Of a DNA stretch of 64,000 bases, positions 27,898 through 35,493 are shown piece by piece; the stretch's first letter is position 1; each line of letters starts with the position of its first letter. A program made the translations under genes and the position numbers. The notes under the pieces were generated by a model, which did no database searches, was not told where the DNA came from, and saw only the letters and a list, made by a program, of their open reading frames with translations. The DNA is taken from the IMG/VR virus record IMGVR_UViG_3300043570_002257, positions 32,001 through 96,000 of that record; one strand, 5' to 3'. The DNA comes from a virus.

Positions 27898-28224
27898 TTA
27901 GCGTTTCTTTTTAAGAGTTAAATCATATCTCTCATCCTTGACAATTGCAGGACTTTTTTCTTGATTATTTGAAGGCATTGTTGGTTCTGATGAACGTTGT
28001 GGAACAAGCACATATGTCTTTAACAACTTGACGTCATCTTCAAGCTGCTCAATTTTAACTCTATCAGCACTTTGTTGCACAAGAAGCAACTTGACATCTG
28101 ATCTCATTTCTGTTATGTCTCTCCATAACAACATACCCACAAGACCAATTAGAACAGGACTAGCCCATTCTTTAAGAATGCTAATAACCTCTGCTCTAGG
28201 GTATTCTGTTTTATTTGTACTCAT
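27898..28224 (-). CDS. Single-TM coiled-coil protein
   Basis: PVLIGLVGMLLW followed by coiled coil. Confidence 0.6.
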   Translation of the reverse strand: MSTNKTEYPRAEVISILKEWASPVLIGLVGMLLWRDITEMRSDVKLLLVQQSADRVKIEQLEDDVKLLKTYVLVPQRSSEPTMPSNNQEKSPAIVKDERYDLTLKKKR

Positions 28225-28270
28225 TTTTTGTAAGAATATAATTTTCTATAAGATAATTTATACCCCTACC

Positions 28271-28311
28271 TCTCTCTTATATAATATACAGAATAATTTA
28301 CAAATCACAAA
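28271..28311 (-). promoter_or_regulatory. Putative late promoter
   Basis: TTTG-N19-TATATTAT upstream of the lysis cassette; the same core occurs at 34273 and 49616. Confidence 0.55.
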
Positions 28312-28436
28312 AGAATCTCAAATTAATATGTCAATTTTCAAATATTTTTACCATCTTTGTAGCTTATGAAAAATCAAAATAACATTAAAACTTAACACTC
28401 TTATTTTTGGTAAAGAAGGGTGATTTTTGTATCTTA

Positions 28437-28506
28437 TCTAAGTGAAGTCAAAATATGATTTCATTAGACACAACCTGGGAAGTAATAACTTTGCCAGGTT
28501 TTTTTG
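28437..28506 (+). promoter_or_regulatory. Structured nrdB leader: two hairpins and a U-tract
   Basis: agtgaagtca/tgatttcatt and aacctgg.aagt/actt..ccaggtt followed by T run. Confidence 0.45.
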
Positions 28507-28565
28507 CCAATATCAATTGGTATTCAGTAAACTAACATAATAATTAACAATAAATACAAACATCT

Positions 28566-29540
28566 ATGGGTATCTTTGACAAAAGAGTGGCTTTTAAGCC
28601 TTATGAGTATCCTGAAATTATCAAATTCAGGGATGCCATAAAACACAGTCGTTGGGATGTGGAAGAGTTCAATTTTGACTCTGATGCATTTGACTTTAAA
28701 CACAAACTAAGTCCTCATGAAAAGGAGGCAATCAAAAGAACACTTTTGGCAATTTCACAGATAGAAGTATCTGTTAAAACATTCTGGGCAAAACTTGGTG
28801 AGCATATTCCAAAACCAGAATTTAACTCAGTAGGAATCACGTTTGCAGAAAATGAAGTTGTACACTCTGAAGCATATAGCAAGTTGCTAGAAGTTTTAGG
28901 ATTAAACAATGAATTTGATATGCTATTGCAAAATCCAGTTATTGGAGGACGCGTTGATTACTTGACAAAATATCTCAAGAACAGTGGAGAAAATGCTAAG
29001 CAGGTATATACTTTAAACCTTGCTTTATTCTCTATGTTTATTGAGAACGTATCACTGTTTAGTCAGTTTGCAATTGTAAAATCTTTTATTGAAAAAAAGA
29101 ACATGTTGAAAGAAGTAGACACTGTTATTGAAGCTACAATGAAAGAAGAAATTATACACGCACAACTTGGCATGCATGTTATCAATCTTATTAAAAAAGA
29201 ATATCCAGAATGGTTTGGAGAAGATTTTTATGACAAAATCTACAGGGCTTGTAAAAAAGCATTTGAAGCAGAAGTAAAAATCATTGACTGGATATTTGAA
29301 GAAGGTGAGATTGACAGCATTTCTAAAGAAGCTGTTATTGAATTTATTAAATCAAGATTTAATGATTCATTAATTGCTATTGGTGGTAAAGAACTTTTTG
29401 AAGTTAATCAAGAAAAACTTGCAGAACTTTATTGGATGGTTGAGGCTATCTATGGTTATGTAAGAAATGACTTTTTTAATACACAAGGAACTAACTACAC
29501 TAAATTTCAAAAATCTATAACAAGTAAAGACTTATTTTAA
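28566..29540 (+). CDS. nrdB: Ribonucleotide reductase beta subunit, class Id-like
   Basis: E67, K71, E97, H100, Y104, E160, E195, H198 (hand-counted). Confidence 0.95.
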   Translation: MGIFDKRVAFKPYEYPEIIKFRDAIKHSRWDVEEFNFDSDAFDFKHKLSPHEKEAIKRTLLAISQIEVSVKTFWAKLGEHIPKPEFNSVGITFAENEVVHSEAYSKLLEVLGLNNEFDMLLQNPVIGGRVDYLTKYLKNSGENAKQVYTLNLALFSMFIENVSLFSQFAIVKSFIEKKNMLKEVDTVIEATMKEEIIHAQLGMHVINLIKKEYPEWFGEDFYDKIYRACKKAFEAEVKIIDWIFEEGEIDSISKEAVIEFIKSRFNDSLIAIGGKELFEVNQEKLAELYWMVEAIYGYVRNDFFNTQGTNYTKFQKSITSKDLF

Positions 29541-29541
29541 A

Positions 29542-31194
29542 ATGACAAAAATGGACTGGTACACACCCCTCAGTGAAGAATTCATGGGAAGAGGGTATTT
29601 TCACAACAATGAATCTATTGAAGATAGAATTAACTCTATTGCTAACTTAGTTGGTAATACATTTAAAGACGAAGAAGTAAAAGACAAAGTAAAAGATTAC
29701 ATTGAAAAAGGTTACTACGTTCTTCCATCACCTGTATGGAGCAATGTAGGTACTGGTCGTGGTTCTGGTATCTCTTGTTTTAACACACATGTTAGTGACA
29801 GTATTGAGTCTATTGTAAGGGCTAATGCTGAAGTTGGTATGCTGTGTAAAATAGGAGGAGGAACATCTGGTTACTTTGGTGAATTACGTCCAGCAGGTAG
29901 TGCTGTCTCAACAGGTGGTGAAACCTATGGAGCTGTGCACTTTATGCAAATGTTTGACACAACAAAGAATGTAATTTCTCAAGGCAATGTTAGACGTGGT
30001 GAATTTGCTGCGTACTTAGACATTGACCATGGTGATATTAAAGATTTCTTGAGAGTAAATGGTGAGGGCCACAACCTTCAACGTTTTCCTTTTGGTGTTT
30101 GTGTTTCTGACAAATGGCTTGAAGAGATGAAAGCTGGCGATATGGAAAAGCGTGAACTTTGGGCCATGGTGATTGACAGCAGAAACAGAACAGGTTTTCC
30201 TTACATCTTTTACACTGATAATGTAAACAATGGAACTGTTGATGTTTATAAAGATAGCAAGTCTGTTATAAATTCTTCTAACATGTGTACAGAGATATTA
30301 CTTCCTTCTACAGAGGAAGAATCCTTTGTATGTGACTTAGTAGGTATGAACCTTGTAAAGTTTGATGAGTGGAAGGATACAGACGCTGTACGCATTGCTG
30401 TTTATATTGCAGATGCTGTTCTTACAGAGTTTATAAACAAGTACAGAGACATGCCTTTTATTAGTAGAGCTATACGCTTTGCAGAAAGACATAGAGCTAT
30501 TGGCATTGGTGCATCTGGTTATCATTCTTACTTACAAAGTAAGATGATTCCTTTTGAGTCTATGCAATCTAAACTTGTAAATACACTCATGTTTAAAACA
30601 ATTCAAGAGCAAGCATGGGCAGCAAGCCGTGACATGGCGTCACGCTATGGTAAACCTGCAGTTCTTGCTTCTGACAAATATGATAGACGTCATACTACTC
30701 TTACTGCAATAGCTCCAAACACATCTTCTTCTTTTATTATGGGACAGCAGTCTCAAAGTATAGAACCTTACACTAGTAACTACTATATTAAAAAGACTGC
30801 AAAGGTTAAGCATTCTGTAAAGAACCCTTATCTTAAAACTCTTTTAGAAGAAAAAAACCAGGATACTTTTGAAGTTTGGCAATCAATACTTCAGAATGCA
30901 GGTAGTGTTCAACACTTATCTTTCTTGTCAGAAGATGAGAAACTTGTTTTCAGAACCTTTATGGAAATTTCCCAGATGGAGATTATTATTCAAGCGTCTA
31001 CACGTCAGAAGTATGTTGACCAAGGACAGTCTTTGAATCTTATGGTTCATCCTCAAACGCCAACAAAAGATATTAATACTTTGTTATTGAAAGCCCATGA
31101 ACTTGGCATCAAAACATTGTACTATCAATTGGGGCAAAACGCTGCTCAAGAATTTGCTAGAGATATTCTTTCTTGTGAATCTTGTGCAGGATAA
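29542..31194 (+). CDS. nrdA: Ribonucleotide reductase alpha subunit, without ATP-cone
   Basis: ISCF, SNMCTEI, AIAPNTSSS, KTLYY, C-terminal CESC. Confidence 0.96.
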   Translation: MTKMDWYTPLSEEFMGRGYFHNNESIEDRINSIANLVGNTFKDEEVKDKVKDYIEKGYYVLPSPVWSNVGTGRGSGISCFNTHVSDSIESIVRANAEVGMLCKIGGGTSGYFGELRPAGSAVSTGGETYGAVHFMQMFDTTKNVISQGNVRRGEFAAYLDIDHGDIKDFLRVNGEGHNLQRFPFGVCVSDKWLEEMKAGDMEKRELWAMVIDSRNRTGFPYIFYTDNVNNGTVDVYKDSKSVINSSNMCTEILLPSTEEESFVCDLVGMNLVKFDEWKDTDAVRIAVYIADAVLTEFINKYRDMPFISRAIRFAERHRAIGIGASGYHSYLQSKMIPFESMQSKLVNTLMFKTIQEQAWAASRDMASRYGKPAVLASDKYDRRHTTLTAIAPNTSSSFIMGQQSQSIEPYTSNYYIKKTAKVKHSVKNPYLKTLLEEKNQDTFEVWQSILQNAGSVQHLSFLSEDEKLVFRTFMEISQMEIIIQASTRQKYVDQGQSLNLMVHPQTPTKDINTLLLKAHELGIKTLYYQLGQNAAQEFARDILSCESCAG

Positions 31195-31203
31195 TTAACT
31201 TTG
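31173..31203 (+). promoter_or_regulatory. Bacteroidota-type promoter
   Basis: TTG-N20-TAACTTTG. Confidence 0.55.
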
Positions 31204-31221
31204 TAACGTAAAACCAACAAC

Positions 31222-31845
31222 ATGAAAGATCTATATGATTACTTAGTGAAGAACAAGGTAAGTCCTAATGGATTGTTTGTATTACATTGCACCTTTAACA
31301 ATTACATGTATCCATCCTATGTAAATTTCAAGACGGAACAATACCGTCTTGAAACTACAGGACATCTTGTAAAAGAAAGTACAGGTGTAAATGATATTTA
31401 CAAAATAACCCTAACAGGAGAACACCTTTTAAAAGAGTGTGAACACATTCTAAACAAAGCAAAACGTGCTAAGAAAAATCCAATTGCTCTTGCTGAATGG
31501 GATGATAAGATTGCAGAATACAATCTATTATTTCCAGCAGGTAAGAAGTCTGGTACAAGTTTAGCATTCCGTACAAATCCTAAAGAACTTGTTGCTGCAT
31601 TTGTGTGGTTTTTTAAAGAATATCCTGAGTATACTTGGGAAGATGTCTTTACTGCAACTACCAGATATGTGGAACCATTTGAAGAATCTTCAGATTACAC
31701 ATACATGCAAACATCAAGATACTTTATTAAAAAAGATGACAAGAGTAAAAATACAATTTCAACACTTGCAGGAATATGTTATAACATATCTCAAGGAAAT
31801 GATGAAGATGTAAAAGAATCTGGTTATCATTATTTTGGCCCTTAA
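31222..31845 (+). CDS. Hypothetical protein, possibly DNA-binding
   Basis: 207-aa ORF. Confidence 0.7.
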   Translation: MKDLYDYLVKNKVSPNGLFVLHCTFNNYMYPSYVNFKTEQYRLETTGHLVKESTGVNDIYKITLTGEHLLKECEHILNKAKRAKKNPIALAEWDDKIAEYNLLFPAGKKSGTSLAFRTNPKELVAAFVWFFKEYPEYTWEDVFTATTRYVEPFEESSDYTYMQTSRYFIKKDDKSKNTISTLAGICYNISQGNDEDVKESGYHYFGP

Positions 31846-32251
31846 ACTTAACACATTGGTAAAAGCAATTAAAATCAACGCAAAGAGTAGATGCATTGAG
31901 ATTGTGGATTTAGGTCCACAACTCAGTGACATTTATGAGTTACTTGAATGTAACATTATGACTGTTGCATATCCGCAGACAGTAGAACCTACATCAGATG
32001 TTATCTATGTAGATGATGAAGGTTTATTTAAACCTCTTGACAAAATTCCTGGAGCATTCTTTATAGATATGTATCCAGCACAACCATTATTTGGACATGC
32101 TCTTATAGTAGGTACAGATGATGAAGGACGTAATGCTGATGTAAACATTACAGTTGAACAAGTTTCTGATATGATTCAATTTCTTGATGAAGAAGAAATA
32201 AAACTCTATCAAGAACATCTAACTCAATCACCTCAAATATTTAATTTCTAA
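31835..32251 (+). CDS. DUF3846-like protein
   Basis: IYVDDEGL...GHALIVGTDDEG; start codon uncertain. Confidence 0.65.
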   Translation: MALKLNTLVKAIKINAKSRCIEIVDLGPQLSDIYELLECNIMTVAYPQTVEPTSDVIYVDDEGLFKPLDKIPGAFFIDMYPAQPLFGHALIVGTDDEGRNADVNITVEQVSDMIQFLDEEEIKLYQEHLTQSPQIFNF

Positions 32252-33009
32252 TGAAAAACAAAGTAGAATTACTAGGATATTATGGAAATGATCTAGTTCA
32301 TGCACAATCTGCATGGACTAGTACCTCCAGAGAATTATCAGAAGACAAGTTAGCAAGAGTAGGTACATTACTTGACATGCTTGCTATAGAAGGACATCAC
32401 ACTCCTTTTGAAAAATCAAGTTTACATTTTCTTGTAACAGTAGATCAAGCAACACACATTCATTTATTAAAACATCGCATTGGTGTTTCTATTAATGGTG
32501 AGTCTGCTAGATATAAAGAGTTAAAAGAAGATAAGATGTATATTCCTGAAGACTGGAAAACTATAAACAGATTTCCAAAGATTGTCACTGAAGAAGACGA
32601 TGAAAATGATGTAGAGTATGAAGAAACTGCACTTTATAATGCAAACTTTGATGGTAATGCTCTTCAGATTCTTTTAGAAGACTGTGACAATAAAGGTCAA
32701 AACTGGAGTGATATACTTGAAATTTATGCAGAACTTGGCAATGCATTATACCATGCAGCACTAAAAGATCTTACACCTGTACTGGGACGTAAACGTGCAA
32801 AAGAGTCAGCTAGATTCTTTAAAACAATGAATAGTCAAATTACTATGGATGTAATGTTTAACTGGAGAAGCTTTGCACATTTCTTAAAACTTCGTAACTC
32901 TGAGCATGCTCAAAAAGAAGTTAGAGAATTAGCACAGCAAATGTTAGAATTAGTAGAAGAGATTCCTGGTAATCCTTTTCAGAAAAGCATTAAAGCTTTT
33001 GACTTGTAA
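32251..33009 (+). CDS. thyX: Flavin-dependent thymidylate synthase
   Basis: GHHTPFE, KHRIGVSINGESARY, KESAR, NWRS..HFLKLR..HAQKEVR. Confidence 0.93.
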   Translation: MKNKVELLGYYGNDLVHAQSAWTSTSRELSEDKLARVGTLLDMLAIEGHHTPFEKSSLHFLVTVDQATHIHLLKHRIGVSINGESARYKELKEDKMYIPEDWKTINRFPKIVTEEDDENDVEYEETALYNANFDGNALQILLEDCDNKGQNWSDILEIYAELGNALYHAALKDLTPVLGRKRAKESARFFKTMNSQITMDVMFNWRSFAHFLKLRNSEHAQKEVRELAQQMLELVEEIPGNPFQKSIKAFDL

Positions 33010-33010
33010 T

Positions 33011-33042
33011 AAAAAAAGGGCCTTGCAAAACAGGGCCCTTTT
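33011..33042. terminator. Bidirectional terminator
   Basis: aaaaaaagggcc...ggccctttt between convergent genes. Confidence 0.75.
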
Positions 33043-33068
33043 CTTTAATACGTTAAATAAATTTACTG

Positions 33069-33506
33069 TTATAATCCAAGCAATTTAAAAAATGCTGGGA
33101 AGTTACCTTCAGTTTCTAATGAACTGAAATCTTCAATTTTGAATGCTGGTTGATCAAGTTCTTTTTCTTGAACAAACAACTCTTCAAGTTGTTCTCTAAA
33201 CTTGATGTAGTCAGGATGTAACTGAACCTTATCTGATTCACCGTTTTCACCTTTGATAGTTTCAATTTCTGGAATAGAAATTTGACCATCTTTTTCAACA
33301 CCTAGTTCTTTAATAAGATCCATACGCATTTTTTCAAATGTTTCTTTCTCTTCACCTGTGACTTTAGCAATTTTAGTAAGTTGATACTTTGTTGCTAATG
33401 ACATTTTTTGGGAAAGTAATCCCTTGAACTTTTCAGTTCCATTAAGTTCTGCATCCAATGTTAAGATCTCTGCTACATTGAATTTGATTTTAGTTGATTC
33501 TGCCAT
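33069..33506 (-). CDS. Hypothetical late-region protein (DUF1617-like)
   Basis: Helical ORF; TTTG-N19-TATCTTTG promoter at 33567-33537. Confidence 0.65.
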   Translation of the reverse strand: MAESTKIKFNVAEILTLDAELNGTEKFKGLLSQKMSLATKYQLTKIAKVTGEEKETFEKMRMDLIKELGVEKDGQISIPEIETIKGENGESDKVQLHPDYIKFREQLEELFVQEKELDQPAFKIEDFSSLETEGNFPAFFKLLGL

Positions 33507-33568
33507 AAATTGATTTTTTAATATTAAAAGTCTTCACAAAGATAATCAAATATTTGATAATTACAAAC

Positions 33569-33718
33569 TTATCTTCCTTGTGCGTTATAAGGTTTTACAT
33601 AATTTTTTGATTGTGAGCTGACAGAGTGCTTATTTTTTGAATGAACACCTGGTCTTCTTACTTTGGGCTTAACTTTGTGTACCGCAGAATTCACTGCACC
33701 ACCTTTTTTAGCTGCCAT
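33569..33718 (-). CDS. 49-aa highly basic protein (absent from ORF track)
   Basis: MAAKKGGAVNSAVHKVKPKVRRPGVHSKNKHSVSSQSKNYVKPYNAQGR. Confidence 0.7.
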   Translation of the reverse strand: MAAKKGGAVNSAVHKVKPKVRRPGVHSKNKHSVSSQSKNYVKPYNAQGR

Positions 33719-33721
33719 AAG

Positions 33722-34240
33722 TTAGCAATCTACAACTTTTCCTTTTCCAAAAGCAAGTTCTAATTTCTCTTTCAATTTTGCATAGGCAAATGTAAAGATA
33801 TCAATTTCTGCTAAAGGAGACAAATCAGGTACTGTTGTTATCTTAACCTCTTGTACGTCTGTCATAACAGTTTGAATAACAGTTTTTGTAACTGTTTCCA
33901 TAGTTGATTCAGCGCCATCTACTCCAGGCATAAGAACTTCTTCAGTAACTTCAACTTCTGTTGCAACTGGACGTTGTACAGTAATTGTTTCACTTACTTC
34001 TTTTGTCAATGAAACGTTAAATTGATCTCCAATTTGAACATTCTTTGCAATACCATTTAACATATTTCCTGCAAAAGGAGCTCCAATAGATAAAGCAGTT
34101 GCTTCAGCTTCTGAGTTAAAGATTTGTAATGCAAAGTTTGCATTACCAGTTTTGCTGATGTTGTAATTTACAATACGAACATACGCTTGTTTGGTAATTC
34201 CTTGATCTGTACCAATTTCAGATGTAATTTTTAGTGCCAT
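33722..34240 (-). CDS. Putative tail-fibre assembly protein
   Basis: Downstream of the fibres; AYVRI...AYAKLK pattern with a T/E/V-rich insertion. Confidence 0.55.
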   Translation of the reverse strand: MALKITSEIGTDQGITKQAYVRIVNYNISKTGNANFALQIFNSEAEATALSIGAPFAGNMLNGIAKNVQIGDQFNVSLTKEVSETITVQRPVATEVEVTEEVLMPGVDGAESTMETVTKTVIQTVMTDVQEVKITTVPDLSPLAEIDIFTFAYAKLKEKLELAFGKGKVVDC

Positions 34241-34261
34241 TTTTTTATGTTTTTTAGTTAA

Positions 34262-34304
34262 TTTCTACATTAATAATATACAAAAACTCTGTCAAAGAAC
34301 CAAA
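34262..34304 (-). promoter_or_regulatory. Putative late promoter
   Basis: TTTG-N20-TATATTAT. Confidence 0.5.
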
Positions 34305-34559
34305 TTATTGAGGTTTTTCAAGAGAAAGTATTGCATTGTGATGAAAAATTAGTGAGTTTATAGGTACAATACCCGTACTTACAGACTTATTTGTACCAAT
34401 TCTGAGTGTAAATTTACCATTTACTTTACTACAAAAAAAATAAACTGTGTCTAACACACTAATCATTGCTTCAATTTTTAGTTGTTCTGTGTGAAAAGTG
34501 TATGTATCACCCAATCTATATAGATGATTTTCAATTGTGTATGAGTTTAAGTTTGTCAT
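34305..34559 (-). CDS. Hypothetical protein
   Basis: ORF in the late operon. Confidence 0.55.
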   Translation of the reverse strand: MTNLNSYTIENHLYRLGDTYTFHTEQLKIEAMISVLDTVYFFCSKVNGKFTLRIGTNKSVSTGIVPINSLIFHHNAILSLEKPQ

Positions 34560-34571
34560 ATATTATAGTTT

Positions 34572-35492
34572 TTATTGTGGTGGATTATTTCCATCACAAG
34601 GTTGTTGTTCATGATAAACGCCATAATATGCATATTGTATATCACAACAGCCAATAGGTTCACCATATTTACCATTATTAGTGAATACAGGATTGCCATC
34701 ACAATCAGTATAATTAATAGGTCCTGTACCATCTGAAAAAACATAATAACAAGTTGGACCACCACCACAGCCACAAGCTGTAGAATTTGCTTCAATTAAC
34801 TGAGTATATGTGCCATAACAACCATCTGAATAAAATTGAAAATTGTCACACTGAATACAACCATCATATAAGTATGTTCCATAAGGATCAGAACAACAGC
34901 ATCCACCACAATTAGTACTACATCCTTGACTTACATCATAAGTACCACCAGTTCCATTTGCATATCTGTAATACAAAGTACATCCTGTACAAAATTGTGA
35001 CAAATATGTTCCATAAGCAGGATAAGCTCCTGTTGTTGTCATTGACACAGTATTAGAATACGCTGAGAATCCACCTGTAGAAGTACATGTTATACGTACT
35101 CTAATAAGATATGTTGTACTAGAATTTAAACCTGATATAAGAGAAGTAGAAGCACATGATCCTGTACTAGTAGTCCATGTACCACCTCCGTTAAAACTGT
35201 ATTCTGTGTACATTGTTGTACAATTAGAAAGTGTAACATTAACACTTAAACTATTTGTACCAGCTGTACCTGCTGTTATAGTAGGTGCTACACAACATGT
35301 AAAAGAATGATTATAGTTTCTCCACTCACTGTAAGCAGCAGGATCAACTGAACTTGGAAAAGATCCACTACATGTTTTTATAGCAGAGTATTCACCATTT
35401 TCAGCTGTTTTAATAGATAATACTGAACCAGATGCTCTACCCAGTTCAGTATTTATAGCTGATGCTCTAACTATATCTTCTCCTATTGCCAT
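34572..35492 (-). CDS. Cys-rich FN3-containing fibre-tip/adhesin-like protein
   Basis: INTELG N-terminus, FN3 pattern (ISGLNSSTTYLIRVR), about 23 Cys. Confidence 0.7.
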   Translation of the reverse strand: MAIGEDIVRASAINTELGRASGSVLSIKTAENGEYSAIKTCSGSFPSSVDPAAYSEWRNYNHSFTCCVAPTITAGTAGTNSLSVNVTLSNCTTMYTEYSFNGGGTWTTSTGSCASTSLISGLNSSTTYLIRVRITCTSTGGFSAYSNTVSMTTTGAYPAYGTYLSQFCTGCTLYYRYANGTGGTYDVSQGCSTNCGGCCCSDPYGTYLYDGCIQCDNFQFYSDGCYGTYTQLIEANSTACGCGGGPTCYYVFSDGTGPINYTDCDGNPVFTNNGKYGEPIGCCDIQYAYYGVYHEQQPCDGNNPPQ

Positions 35493-35493
35493 A

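Noticed and set aside
21953-31194. Inteins or introns in the polymerase or RNR genes
   Set aside because: The genes are compact and continuous with normally spaced motifs
10168-33009. Uracil-substituted or hypermodified genome
   Set aside because: dUTPase, UNG and ThyX together imply ordinary thymine DNA; no base-modification enzymes were recognised
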